Below, piece after piece: positions 44,361 to 54,004 of a stretch of 64,000 nt of DNA. The notes under the pieces are model-generated. The model did no database searches. It saw only the letters and a list, made by a program, of their open reading frames with translations, and was not told the DNA's origin. A program made the position numbers and the translations under genes. Numbering within the stretch: the first letter of the stretch is position 1; each line of letters begins with the position of its first letter. This DNA is from Eubacteriales bacterium (GTDB taxonomy: Bacteria; Bacillota; Clostridia; Oscillospirales; CAG-272): NCBI GenBank assembly GCA_045657105.1, contig JAZOSN010000021.1:3655-67654 (forward strand), written 5' to 3'.

Positions 44361-45722
44361 TTACTCGGCGAGTATGTCGCCAAGACTGTTTATCCTTTGA
44401 GAAGCACTTACTATAAGAACGCTATCTCCTGCCTTTATGCAGTCCGAGCCCTTCGGCACGAGTGCCTTGTTATCTCTGACTATGCAGGCGACGAGAATGT
44501 TCTTTTTAAGACTGAGCGCATAAAGCGGCTTGTCGATAAGCTCGGTCATATCGGCATCCGCCTCGAATTCGAGGACCTCGACCTTACCGCCGACTATCTT
44601 GTAAAGAGAGAGCGCATTTCCCTCGCTGTCGCTCGCCGCGAGAGCTCTGACGTATCTGAGTATCTCGTTTATCGTAACGAGCTTCGGAGAAACGACGGTT
44701 TCGAGCTCTTTTCCCTTGAACATCGAGAAAAAGTTATCGCTCGTAACCTTTGCTATGACCTTGTTCACCTGCATTTTGTTTGCATAGAGCGCGGAAAGAA
44801 TATTTCCTTCGTCAAGATCGGTAAGCGAAAGGAACGCGTCGGTCTTGTCAATTCCCTCCTCTGCAAGAAGCTCGTGGTCAGACGAATCGCCCTGCAAAAC
44901 GACTGCCTTGGGATATTTTTTCGCCATCGCCTCGGCGCGTTGCTTGTCGTTTTCAACGATTTTAAGGTCAATATTGTCGCCACTGAGCAGCTCTGCAAGG
45001 TAGTGAGTTATAGTGCCTGCTCCTGTTATCATAACGCTTTTTACGGGGTTAAGATAAAGCCCTGCCTTCTTGAACGCCTTGCTTATATCCTTGGGCGCGC
45101 CTGTGAAATAGAGGTTGTCGCCCTCGTTTATTTCGAAAGTACCGCCGGGGATAAAGACCTCGCCGTTTCTTTCAACACTGCATATAAGTACGGTAATACC
45201 GAGCGAGGAAAGCTCCATAAGCTTTTTACCAACGAGCAAATTGCCCTTGGGAACGCGGCAGGAAACGAGCTCTGCTCTTCCTCTTGCAAAAATCTCAACG
45301 CCTGTCGCAGACGGGAATCTGAGCACTCTTGCGATCTCGGACGCCGCCGCGCGTTCGGGATTTATAGTCATTGAAAGTCCGAAATCGTTTTTGAGCTCGT
45401 AAAGCTGTCCCGCATATTCGGGATTTCTGACTCTCGCGATAGTATTCTTCGCTCCGAGCTTATGCGCGGCAAGGCAACAAAGAAGGTTAAGCTCGTCCGA
45501 ATCCGCCGTAGCTATAAGAAGATCGCAGTTTTCTATGCCCACTGAGCGCAGAACGTCAAAGGTTGCGCCGTTTCCGACGTATCCGATAATATCGTAGGTG
45601 TTACTTATCTGCTCGATGACGCGAGCATCGGTATCAATTACCGTGATGTCGTGTCCTTCGCTTTGAAGCTGTCCTATAAGGGAAACTCCGACCGAGCCTC
45701 CGCCAACAAGTGTAATTTGCAT
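44361..45722 (-). CDS. trkA: Trk system potassium uptake protein TrkA (2x RCK)
   Basis: Two Rossmann motifs, ITLVGGGSVG and VMITGAGTI, each followed by TrkA-C-like segments. Confidence 0.9.
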   Translation of the reverse strand: MQITLVGGGSVGVSLIGQLQSEGHDITVIDTDARVIEQISNTYDIIGYVGNGATFDVLRSVGIENCDLLIATADSDELNLLCCLAAHKLGAKNTIARVRNPEYAGQLYELKNDFGLSMTINPERAAASEIARVLRFPSATGVEIFARGRAELVSCRVPKGNLLVGKKLMELSSLGITVLICSVERNGEVFIPGGTFEINEGDNLYFTGAPKDISKAFKKAGLYLNPVKSVMITGAGTITHYLAELLSGDNIDLKIVENDKQRAEAMAKKYPKAVVLQGDSSDHELLAEEGIDKTDAFLSLTDLDEGNILSALYANKMQVNKVIAKVTSDNFFSMFKGKELETVVSPKLVTINEILRYVRALAASDSEGNALSLYKIVGGKVEVLEFEADADMTELIDKPLYALSLKKNILVACIVRDNKALVPKGSDCIKAGDSVLIVSASQRINSLGDILAE

Positions 45723-45735
45723 TTTGCTTCTCCTT

Positions 45736-47178
45736 TCAAGCTTTTATCATATAGAGCACGAGTTTCCAGAAACGCTCCATGCTCGCAAGATCAAGTCGTT
45801 CGTCGGGTGAGTGAATATCGAAAACATCAGGGCCGATCGCGATAGTGTCACAACCGCCGAGGCGCGAAATTATCGTTCCGCATTCAAGTCCGGCGTGAAT
45901 CGCCGCCGTTCTCGGCTCGATGGGCGAGTCGGGAAAGAGCTTTTTGTAAGCGTCAACAAACTCGCACGCGAGCTTTGAATCCTTGCAGTAATCCCAAGAC
46001 TCGTATATTCCGCTTATCTCGCTCGTCACTCCGATCGCCTCTGCAAATCTTGCGAGCACACCGAGAAGCGCATCGTGCTCGGAATTTGACGAGGATCTCG
46101 TCTTAATCCAAACCTTTATCTCGCTTTCGTCGCACTCGACGACTCCGCAGTTGCACGAGGTGCGGACAAGTCCTTCGAAATCGGGGGACATCGCGTATAC
46201 TCCGTTTGGCGTAAGAGTGAGCAGGTCGACAAGCTTTGAGGTATCCTTATAAGTAAGCATATTTTCGCTTATTTTGCCTTTATCAAGGTAAATTTTAATT
46301 CCCTTATCCTCTTTGCAGACCTCGTCTGCTATCTCGCGTCTGATAATTTCAAGCTCGTTTTCAACCTCTGTGCGGTCGATCACCGAGATCTCGGCAACAC
46401 ACTCGCGCGCGATGGCGTTCTTCATATTTCCGCCCTTTATTGAAACGAGATTAAACGGCTTTTTAGCGTAAAGTCTTGCAAGGACTCTTCCCATCACGCG
46501 GTTAGCGTTCATTCGGCAGGTCGAAATATCCGTTCCCGAATGTCCGCCCATAAGTCCTGTGACCGTGATCTTTATCGGTCTATCGGGGCATTTTACTCTG
46601 TCGGTCGCGAGCGTATAGCAAATATCCGCTCCTCCTGCCGAGGAAACGATCGCAACGCCCTCTCCCTCAGAGTCCATATTTATCATTTTGCGCGATCTTA
46701 CTACCGAGTAGTCAAACGCCTCCGCGCCGAGAAGCGAGGTTTCCTCACTGACGGTAAAAAGACATTCGAGCATCGGCATATCCTCGTCGAGCTCGAGCAG
46801 CGCGAGCATCATAGCGACTGCAACTCCGTCGTCCGCTCCGAGCGTGGTGCCGTGGGCCGAGAGAAATCCGTCCTTCACTCTGAGCTTCAAGGGATCCTTT
46901 GTAAAATCGTGAACGGTCGAGGCGTTTTTCTCGCAGACCATATCGGTATGACCTTGAAGAAGCACACTCGGCGCGTCCTCGTAACCCTTTCCTGCTTCTC
47001 TGCGAACGAAAACGTTGTTCACCTCGTCGCGAGTACAGAAAAGTCCGAGCCTTTCGGCATAGGCGCAAATATAATCGGCAATTCCCTTTTCGTTTCCCGA
47101 TCCGCGCGGTATCGCACTGATCTCCTCGAAAATTTCAAAAAGCCTTTTCGGCTCGTAGCCGTTTATGATATATTCCAT
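45736..47178 (-). CDS. pepD: aminoacyl-histidine dipeptidase (M20 family, PepD-like)
   Basis: ATG 47178 with GAGG 6 nt upstream; the track ORF starts at a TTG 6 codons earlier. EPKRLFEIFEEISAIPRGSGNEKGIADYI, LLQGHTDMVCEK, GTTLGADDG and SEETSLLGA. Confidence 0.85.
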   Translation of the reverse strand: MEYIINGYEPKRLFEIFEEISAIPRGSGNEKGIADYICAYAERLGLFCTRDEVNNVFVRREAGKGYEDAPSVLLQGHTDMVCEKNASTVHDFTKDPLKLRVKDGFLSAHGTTLGADDGVAVAMMLALLELDEDMPMLECLFTVSEETSLLGAEAFDYSVVRSRKMINMDSEGEGVAIVSSAGGADICYTLATDRVKCPDRPIKITVTGLMGGHSGTDISTCRMNANRVMGRVLARLYAKKPFNLVSIKGGNMKNAIARECVAEISVIDRTEVENELEIIRREIADEVCKEDKGIKIYLDKGKISENMLTYKDTSKLVDLLTLTPNGVYAMSPDFEGLVRTSCNCGVVECDESEIKVWIKTRSSSNSEHDALLGVLARFAEAIGVTSEISGIYESWDYCKDSKLACEFVDAYKKLFPDSPIEPRTAAIHAGLECGTIISRLGGCDTIAIGPDVFDIHSPDERLDLASMERFWKLVLYMIKA

Positions 47179-47235
47179 AACAGTCCTCACAGACAATAGT
47201 TATATTTATCCCGAGATCTCGGGGAATTTTCAAAT

Positions 47236-48144
47236 TTAAAGAGATGATACTCCGCAACCTGCCGCGACAAGAACTATCGCCAGAACTCCCGAAGCGAAGC
47301 CGACAAGCTTGCCTTTTCCGCCAAGCTTACCGAAGATACCAAGCGCTCCTGCGATCGCAGGACATGCCATTCCGAAGAATATAAGTGCCATTCCGCTGAC
47401 CTGCACCGCGCCCATAGATTCTCCGAAGAGCTCGGACGAGGTTGCCGAAACGTTCGTCATCGCCATAACGAAGGACGACGAAAACAGTCTTATAGCGAGC
47501 GAGAGTGCCATATTGTCGGTCGCCTTTCTTATCAGAAAAGCGGCAAATGACATAACGAAAACAGTGGGAAGCGCGTAAAGATCAAGTCTTAACACCGCCG
47601 CCATAAGCGAGATAAAGGCTCCTCTCAAAAGGATGTTTTTTATCGCGCCAAAGCGTGAGTAGATGTATCCGTCAAACATTAGATTTTCAAATACCGCAAT
47701 AAGCAAAACGAGCATAATTACGATGAAAACTCCGCCGTTTTCGCCAACTATCGAATAAATATTAAAAGACGTTACCGCAAGACCGGGTGCTATGATCTGC
47801 GAAAAAAGGATCATCGGCATTGACGCCATAAACGCCGCGGCAAGTATGAGCGCCGAGCCGATCACCTCGATCTTTTTCGGAGAAGAAAATCTGAACGCCG
47901 CTCTGTATTTCAGACCCGTGAGCTTTATAAGAACAAAGAGCGTGACGATAGAGAGCACGCAGGCGGCGTAAAGCGCCCAGACTCCGATAATATCGGTAAG
48001 AAAACCGTACGCGCAGGCAAAGACAACGAGCGAAATAACATACGCCGTCATTCCGTCGAGCATCTTGAATTTACCTAAATTTTTCTTTTCAAGCTCCGCG
48101 GAGCTAAGCTCACCGAAGCTTTTGCGCTTTTGATTTTTCGACAT
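47236..48144 (-). CDS. polytopic membrane protein, weakly CPBP-like
   Basis: About 8 TM segments. VFENLMFDGYIY sits where CPBP proteases have EExxxR but lacks the Glu-Glu/Arg residues, so the function is unknown. Confidence 0.45.
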   Translation of the reverse strand: MSKNQKRKSFGELSSAELEKKNLGKFKMLDGMTAYVISLVVFACAYGFLTDIIGVWALYAACVLSIVTLFVLIKLTGLKYRAAFRFSSPKKIEVIGSALILAAAFMASMPMILFSQIIAPGLAVTSFNIYSIVGENGGVFIVIMLVLLIAVFENLMFDGYIYSRFGAIKNILLRGAFISLMAAVLRLDLYALPTVFVMSFAAFLIRKATDNMALSLAIRLFSSSFVMAMTNVSATSSELFGESMGAVQVSGMALIFFGMACPAIAGALGIFGKLGGKGKLVGFASGVLAIVLVAAGCGVSSL

Positions 48145-48189
48145 TTCGCATTTAACCTTTCATCAGGCCGTAAAATTACCTTAATACTA

Positions 48190-48230
48190 TAAATAAACAT
48201 AGGGGGTTACGGAAATTGTAACCCCCTTTC
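48190..48230 (-). terminator. terminator after rplA
   Basis: AGGGGGTTAC-GGAAATT-GTAACCCCCT, followed on the minus strand by ATGTTTATTT. Confidence 0.6.
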
Positions 48231-48242
48231 GCTTTAATTTAA

Positions 48243-48938
48243 TCAACCAAGCTTGGAATAGTTGACTTTTACACCGGGACCCATGGTCGATGCAACGACA
48301 CAGCTCTTGATGTACTGTCCCTTTGCTGCCGCAGGCTTAGCCTTGATGATCGCTCCGAGGAGAGTATCAAAGTTTTCGGAGAGCTTTTCTGCTCCGAAAG
48401 AAGCCTTACCGATGGGGCAGTGGATAATGTTGGTCTTGTCAAGACGGTACTCGATCTTACCTGCCTTAGCCTCGTTTACCGCACGTGCGATGTCCATCGT
48501 AACGGTTCCCGACTTCGGGTTAGGCATAAGACCCTTAGGTCCGAGTACACGGCCAAGACGACCGATTGCGCCCATCATATTGGGGGTGGTGATAATAATA
48601 TCGAAATCGAACCAGTTTTCTTTCTGGATCTTTTCAATGTATTCGTCAGAACCTGCGTAGTCAGCGCCTGCTGCCTTTGCAGCCTCTTCCATCTCGGGCT
48701 TAACGAGCGCGAGAACGCGAACGGTCTTACCGGTTCCGTGAGGAAGAACTACTGCTCCTCTAACCTGCTGGTCAGCGTGACGCGAGTCAACGCCAAGACG
48801 AACGTGAACTTCTATTGTTTCATCAAACTTAGCCTTAGCAGTCTGGCAAACGAGCTCAATTGCGTCTGCTCTGTCGTAAAGCTTGGACTTTTCAAACAGC
48901 TTTGCGCTGTCCTGATACTTTTTACCTTTAATAGCCAT
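48243..48938 (-). CDS. rplA: 50S ribosomal protein L1
   Basis: [10 protein letters not shown]...[35 protein letters not shown] is GAAGGAGGG. Confidence 0.95.
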   Translation of the reverse strand: MAIKGKKYQDSAKLFEKSKLYDRADAIELVCQTAKAKFDETIEVHVRLGVDSRHADQQVRGAVVLPHGTGKTVRVLALVKPEMEEAAKAAGADYAGSDEYIEKIQKENWFDFDIIITTPNMMGAIGRLGRVLGPKGLMPNPKSGTVTMDIARAVNEAKAGKIEYRLDKTNIIHCPIGKASFGAEKLSENFDTLLGAIIKAKPAAAKGQYIKSCVVASTMGPGVKVNYSKLG

Positions 48939-48956
48939 TATTTAATTCCCTCCTTC

Positions 48957-49382
48957 TCAGTCAACAACTACGACACCCATGCTGCGTGCCGTTCCTGCGA
49001 TCATGCTCATAGCCGCTTCAACAGATGCCGCGTTAAGATCGGGCATTTTGAGCTCTGCGATCTCTCTGAGCTGTGCCTTGGTGATGTTGCCAACCTTAGT
49101 CTTGTTGGGGACACCCGATCCCGAATCAAGACCGATAGCCTTCTTGATAAGAACGGCTGCGGGCGGAGTCTTGGTGATAAAGGTGAACGTGCGGTCTGCA
49201 TATACCGTGATAACTACGGGAATTATAAGACCAGCCTGTGCCTTGGTACGCTCGTTGAATTCCTTGGTGAAGTTAGGAATCGAAACGCTGTACTGTCCGA
49301 GTGCGGGACCTACGGGCGGACCGGGCATTGCCTTGCCGGCGGGAAGCTGAAGTTTGATATAACCTGCTATTTTCTTTGCCAT
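48957..49382 (-). CDS. rplK: 50S ribosomal protein L11
   Basis: ATG 49382 with GGAGG as RBS; the track ORF is N-terminally over-extended. [30 protein letters not shown]. Confidence 0.95.
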   Translation of the reverse strand: MAKKIAGYIKLQLPAGKAMPGPPVGPALGQYSVSIPNFTKEFNERTKAQAGLIIPVVITVYADRTFTFITKTPPAAVLIKKAIGLDSGSGVPNKTKVGNITKAQLREIAELKMPDLNAASVEAAMSMIAGTARSMGVVVVD

Positions 49383-49495
49383 AGTAAATATACCTCCAAA
49401 TGTGGTTATACGACGGAAGAATGTAAGAAAAAATTTTCTTCCTCCCACATGTTCGGCGTAAATATATCTATTACGCCACAAAAATATTTTTGAGA

Positions 49496-50056
49496 TCAGA
49501 AAGTGAGTACTTCAAGAGAATCGGCGTCGATCTCAGCCGCCGTTTCGCGTCCGAACATATTAAGCATAACCATAACACGGGTTTTGTCCTCGGAAATCGA
49601 GCTTACGGTTCCTATAAATCCGTTGAACGAGCCTGCCGTTACCTTTACGCTGTCGCCAACGCTGTACGGAAGCTCCTTTGTAAGTCCGATGCTTACCGCG
49701 TCCAAAGTTTCAAGTCCCATATCCGCGACTTCCTTGTCGGAAAGCGGAACAGGTCTGGATCCGGGTCCCACGAAACCGGTAACGCCGTTTATGTTGCGTA
49801 CTACGTGCCAGGTAAAGTCGCTCATAATCATTTTTACCATAACGTAGCAGGGGTAGATCTTGACCTCGACCTCTTTTACGGTTTCACCGCTCGTTTCGGT
49901 AACCTTTTCTACGGGAATACGTATATCGGTTATCATATCCTGAAGTCCGCGGTTTTCGATGATCTTTTCAAGATTGCTCTTTACTTTGTTCTCATATCCC
50001 GAGTAGGTGTGAATAACGTACCAATTAAGCTCGGGTGTATATTCGATATCTGACAT
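49496..50056 (-). CDS. nusG: transcription termination/antitermination factor NusG
   Basis: [14 protein letters not shown] (NGN domain) and the C-terminal KOW segment [18 protein letters not shown]. Confidence 0.93.
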   Translation of the reverse strand: MSDIEYTPELNWYVIHTYSGYENKVKSNLEKIIENRGLQDMITDIRIPVEKVTETSGETVKEVEVKIYPCYVMVKMIMSDFTWHVVRNINGVTGFVGPGSRPVPLSDKEVADMGLETLDAVSIGLTKELPYSVGDSVKVTAGSFNGFIGTVSSISEDKTRVMVMLNMFGRETAAEIDADSLEVLTF

Positions 50057-50162
50057 TGATTATGATTCACTTACCGTTTCTCCGGCGGATTTTGCTTTCT
50101 TGCGGCTATTTCTGCCGTTTCGCACACTGCGACGCCGGATCGCGCGTGCGGTTTTTATCGGT

Positions 50163-50450
50163 TTACGCGAAAAGGTTTCCGATGTTACCTATGAAGCTAA
50201 CACCTGCACCGAGTATCGCATCGACAACACCGATGATTGCTGCAATAACGACCATGGTAACGATTACGGCAACGGTGGATCTTACACTCTGCTTGCCCGA
50301 GTACCACGTGATCTTCTTGCGCTCAGCAAGAACACTGCGAAGGAAGCCTGCAGAATTCGCTTTCTTTGCCTTCTTAGCTTCTTTTGCCTTTTGCTTTTTT
50401 ACTGCCGTTTCGTCGGTTTCGGCTTTGGTTTTGATTTCTTTCTCTGCCAT
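50163..50450 (-). CDS. secE: preprotein translocase subunit SecE
   Basis: Lys-rich N-terminus, then FLRSVLAERKKITWYSGKQSVRSTVAVIVTMVVIAAIIGVVD, a single TM segment. It sits in the conserved position between rpmG and nusG. Confidence 0.85.
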   Translation of the reverse strand: MAEKEIKTKAETDETAVKKQKAKEAKKAKKANSAGFLRSVLAERKKITWYSGKQSVRSTVAVIVTMVVIAAIIGVVDAILGAGVSFIGNIGNLFA

Positions 50451-50461
50451 TTTAAAACCTC

Positions 50462-50611
50462 CTACTTCGATTCCTTATGCAAAGTGTGCTTTCTGCAAAA
50501 ACGGCAATACTTGTTCATTTCGAGTCTGTCCGGGTCATTCTTCTTGTTCTTCATAGTATTGTAGTTTCTCTGCTTGCATTCACTGCATACCATTGTGATT
50601 TTTACTCTCAA
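50462..50611 (-). CDS. rpmG: 50S ribosomal protein L33 (Zn-ribbon form, 49 aa)
   Basis: Not in the ORF track. TTG start at 50611 with GGAGGTG 5 nt upstream. The translation is (M)[48 protein letters not shown]. Confidence 0.9.
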   Translation of the reverse strand: MRVKITMVCSECKQRNYNTMKNKKNDPDRLEMNKYCRFCRKHTLHKESK

Positions 50612-50813
50612 GTCGGCACCTCCTAATTAGTTTTGAGCCTTGTGTGTCGATCAGAGCTTTACCGACACGCGCAGGACAAAAAATTTCTGCACGGGCTCAT
50701 AGATTTTACCTCCCTCAAACGGAGTCTTTTTTAGGCTTGATTTTGCACTTTTGCGCCCCGGAATGAGCAAATTTACGCGCAAAAAAACAGCCCCTCTCCG
50801 CAGAGGTATAACG

Positions 50814-50842
50814 AGTTTACCACATTTAACTCGATTTGTCAA
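50814..50842 (-). promoter_or_regulatory. extended -10 promoter of the rpmG-secE-nusG-rplKA cluster
   Basis: On the minus strand: TTGACA (rc of 50837-50842), 17 nt including TGG, then TAAACT (rc of 50814-50819). Confidence 0.5.
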
Positions 50843-50975
50843 TAGTTTTTTTGAATTTTTTGCTCGATTTATTAAGTTTCGGACGATATATCGCGCCAAG
50901 TTCCGATTTTTCGCTCACAAACGGGGATAAATATTACTTTATATAATTTAATGTATATTTTTTTCAAAATTCCTG

Positions 50976-51004
50976 TTGACAGGGCGGAAACAATATTATA
51001 TAAT
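50976..51004 (+). promoter_or_regulatory. consensus sigma-A promoter
   Basis: TTGACA (50976-50981), 17 nt, TATAAT (50999-51004), about 50 nt upstream of ATG 51055. Confidence 0.6.
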
Positions 51005-51054
51005 ATAAAGTAACAAAGGATTGCTATTTTTAAGAAAAAGGAGGACTGCTCAGT

Positions 51055-51579
51055 ATGGAGTGGGCGTTCATTATCCCTACAATATTACTTGCGGCTCTGT
51101 GCGTGGCGGTCGTCATCTTTTCCCTGCGTGAATCCTACCGCAATGCTCTGAGAGAGATCGACTCCGCCGCAGAAAACCTGCGCGAGATCGTTACAAAACA
51201 TATCGACGTATACGAGCGTATGTACGCCATCGTCTTTTTCTTCGGAAACGACTCCTCTGCGGACAAGACTCAGTTCTCTGCACCCGAGGACGCAGGTATG
51301 CAGGAGCTTTTTGATATAAGCACCAAGGTCGATTTCGAGATCTCTCTGCTCTGCGAAAAAATATCTAAAAGTGAAACTCTTACGAAAGAGCGCGGAGCAT
51401 CTGTCAAAAAGCTTTATACCGAGCTCGAAGAGCACGAAAGCAATCTTCTGAGCAGTGCTTCGCTTTACAACGAGCATATCGTAGCGGCAAGACGCTACTC
51501 TTCCTTCAAGCTTTCGAAATATCTTCTCAAAGGTCTTGACGAGTGCAAACGTGAGCAGATAGTTTTCGAAAAACAGTAG
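51055..51579 (+). CDS. hypothetical N-terminally membrane-anchored coiled protein
   Basis: One TM segment (FIIPTILLAALCVAVVIF), then a helical soluble part. It has its own consensus promoter and RBS AAGGAGG. No motif recognised. Confidence 0.5.
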   Translation: MEWAFIIPTILLAALCVAVVIFSLRESYRNALREIDSAAENLREIVTKHIDVYERMYAIVFFFGNDSSADKTQFSAPEDAGMQELFDISTKVDFEISLLCEKISKSETLTKERGASVKKLYTELEEHESNLLSSASLYNEHIVAARRYSSFKLSKYLLKGLDECKREQIVFEKQ

Positions 51580-51672
51580 GATTTTAAAAGAATTACCTGC
51601 ATAAAATAACTTAGAAGCAGACAAAACAGACCGGTCGCGCGGCGACCGATTAACTTCGGAGATAAGTAAGAT

Positions 51673-52527
51673 ATGAAAGAACTTTTTACCACATACTGGG
51701 AAATAATAAAAGCGATAACCTTGACCGATATTATCGACATCGCTCTGGTCGCAGTTCTCCTCTACGTCGGAATAAACTTCCTTCGTGAAAGAAGAGCAGG
51801 AAAGCTTGCCATCGGTGTCGGAATACTGCTCGTGTTCCAGTTCGTATGCCGTCTGTTCAACCTGACGACGGTAAACTTCCTTCTCGAATATTTCTTCCAG
51901 TTCGGATTTATCGTTCTTTTCATCATTTTCCAGCCTGAGCTCAGATCAGCACTTGAAAAGGTGGGAAGCGAGCCTATCAGAGGTTTTAAAAACATCGCGG
52001 ATTCGAAAAACCAACAGAAGATAACCGAGGCTATCAAGGAGATCTGCGACGCCGCCTGCACGATGTCAGGCGAAAAGACCGGAGCTCTTATCGTTATCGA
52101 GCGTTCAACCAAGCTCGGTGAATATATAAAGAGCGGAACGGTAATTGACGCAGAGCTTTCCGATTTTGCTATAAGAAACATATTCTTCAAGGGCGCGCCT
52201 CTTCACGACGGAGCGGTCATAATAAGGGACAGCCGTCTGTACGCGGCGGGCTGCTTCCTTCCCCTGTCGCAGAGGGAGGATCTTTTAAGAGATCTCGGAA
52301 CAAGACACAGAGCGGCTCTCGGAATAAGCGAGAACAGCGACGCGCTCGTTATAGTTGTAAGTGAGGAAACGGGAACTATCTCGACGGTGGTCGACGGCAA
52401 TCTCAAACGCGGATACGATTATCCCTCGCTCAAAAACGAGCTCAACCGCGTACTTATCCACTCAGAGTCCTCAAATCCCGTAAAAACAGGCGGAACGAAG
52501 ATAAAAAACATCTTCCGCAAAAAATGA
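51673..52527 (+). CDS. cdaA: diadenylate cyclase CdaA
   Basis: Three N-terminal TM segments, then a DAC domain: GALIVIER, PLHDGAVII, GTRHRAALGISENSDALVIVVSEETG. Confidence 0.93.
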   Translation: MKELFTTYWEIIKAITLTDIIDIALVAVLLYVGINFLRERRAGKLAIGVGILLVFQFVCRLFNLTTVNFLLEYFFQFGFIVLFIIFQPELRSALEKVGSEPIRGFKNIADSKNQQKITEAIKEICDAACTMSGEKTGALIVIERSTKLGEYIKSGTVIDAELSDFAIRNIFFKGAPLHDGAVIIRDSRLYAAGCFLPLSQREDLLRDLGTRHRAALGISENSDALVIVVSEETGTISTVVDGNLKRGYDYPSLKNELNRVLIHSESSNPVKTGGTKIKNIFRKK

Positions 52528-52567
52528 TCACGGGATTTAAACGATTTGCCCGTTCGGAGGTGGCATT

Positions 52568-53902
52568 TTGAATATTTCAAATAAAAAGTTAAATAAAAAC
52601 AAAAGAAATAACAACAGACACTGGGTGCTCTGGGTAACGTCCGTGATCCTCGCTTTCGTATTCTGGCTTTACGTTGCAGGCTCAAACGACGTTGCAATCG
52701 AAGAAACCTACGATCTTATCGAAATACAGTACGACAGCTCGCGCATAAAGCAGCACGGACTCGTGGTTCAGTCGATAAGCATAGATACCGTAAACGTAAC
52801 CATCATGGGCAGTCAACGCGATATAAAGGGCTCGGGCACGCCGAATATTTCGGCTAAGATCTCGCTCGACTCGATAAGCGAGCCGGGAGAATACTCGCTT
52901 CCCGTAATGATAACCACGCCTGACAGAACGACGATAACCCACCAAACGGTCGATTCGGTCACGGTAAAGGTAGACCGTCCGAGCGAAAAGGATTTCGCGA
53001 TAGATTCGAGCCTCGTTGAGCTCGTCGGTTGGACTCTCGATTCGGGTTGCTTCTTCGGAACTCACTCGATAAGCGAGAGCCACGTCACGGTAAAGGGCCC
53101 CACCTTGGAGCTTGATACGGTAAGGAGCGTAAAGGTCCGCACCGCAAGCATCGGCACCGCATCTGACGGAAAGACCGTCACCGCAGACATCGTTCTTCTT
53201 GATGCGAACGGCAACGAGATAAACAGCAGAAATCTGAGCGTATCCGAGAACACCGACAATCTCACGGTAACGCTTTCGGTATATATGCAAAAGACCGTAA
53301 GCCTTGTGGCTACCGGAAAATACGGATATTTCGGAAGCGAGAACCTCTCGGTTTCTCCCTCTGAGATAGTAATAAAGGGTACTCCCGATGCGGTAAGAGC
53401 GGTTTCCTCGATAAAGGTTCTTGAAATCGACGAAACGAAAACAGTCACCGACCAAAGCAACATTCCGGTAAACGGCATCGCTCTTCCCAAGGGAATAACC
53501 ACCGCAACCGGCGAGAGCACCGTAAACGCCGAGGTCACCGTTTCGATAACCGGAAAGGTTACTGATCACGAGATAACGATCCCTAAGGACAAGATCACAG
53601 TCCATTCGCCGAACAATAAGATGAAGGCACTTGAAGACGTCAAGATCAAGGTTCGCCTTTCGGCTTCGGCAGATCCCGACATTGTGAAAAATCTCTCGGC
53701 ATCTTGTCTTATCGCCACAGTCGATGCTTCAAAGATAACCACCACCGAGAATGCAGAGCTTCCCCTCACCATCGTCGTTGCGGACGAGTTCAAGGGTCTT
53801 ATATACCTTATAGATATGATCTACACAGTCGAGGTCGGAGTGCCGACCGTAAGTGACGACACCCCGTCGATCGATGATGCAGTTCCGCTCAGCGCAAGAT
53901 AA
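52568..53902 (+). CDS. cdaR: CdaA regulator CdaR (YbbR-repeat protein)
   Basis: TTG start with GGAGG upstream. It has one TM segment and about four YbbR-like repeats, and lies immediately downstream of cdaA. Confidence 0.85.
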   Translation: MNISNKKLNKNKRNNNRHWVLWVTSVILAFVFWLYVAGSNDVAIEETYDLIEIQYDSSRIKQHGLVVQSISIDTVNVTIMGSQRDIKGSGTPNISAKISLDSISEPGEYSLPVMITTPDRTTITHQTVDSVTVKVDRPSEKDFAIDSSLVELVGWTLDSGCFFGTHSISESHVTVKGPTLELDTVRSVKVRTASIGTASDGKTVTADIVLLDANGNEINSRNLSVSENTDNLTVTLSVYMQKTVSLVATGKYGYFGSENLSVSPSEIVIKGTPDAVRAVSSIKVLEIDETKTVTDQSNIPVNGIALPKGITTATGESTVNAEVTVSITGKVTDHEITIPKDKITVHSPNNKMKALEDVKIKVRLSASADPDIVKNLSASCLIATVDASKITTTENAELPLTIVVADEFKGLIYLIDMIYTVEVGVPTVSDDTPSIDDAVPLSAR

Positions 53903-53920
53903 TTTAATCAGTAAAACTTC

Positions 53921-53960
53921 AAAAGACGCCTGTAAAAGTGTTGTATGGGCGTCTTTTGCA
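53921..53960 (+). terminator. possible terminator after cdaR
   Basis: AAAAGACGCC / GGCGTCTTTT with a long (17-nt) loop, followed by TTTTGC. Confidence 0.45.
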
Positions 53961-54004
53961 AATCATACACAGCTTTCCTTTCGTTCCGATATTTTGGAGG
54001 ATAA

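Noticed and set aside
44397-45374. 325-aa ORF on the plus strand; similar cases at 52682-53605 (-), 35744-36652 (-), 46540-47199 (+), 28039-28731 (+) and 30614-31177 (+)
   Set aside because: Each is the antisense shadow of a confidently identified gene: trkA, cdaR, the TIM-barrel gene, pepD, the lysozyme-dockerin gene and the MFS transporter. None has a start context or a motif.
48420-49493. 357-aa ORF on the plus strand
   Set aside because: It is antisense to rplA and rplK. Ribosomal protein identity on the minus strand is certain.
50651-50899. 82-aa ORF on the minus strand upstream of rpmG
   Set aside because: It spans the promoter and leader of the rpmG operon in a different frame from the small uORF. 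It has no RBS and a composition typical of non-coding sequence.
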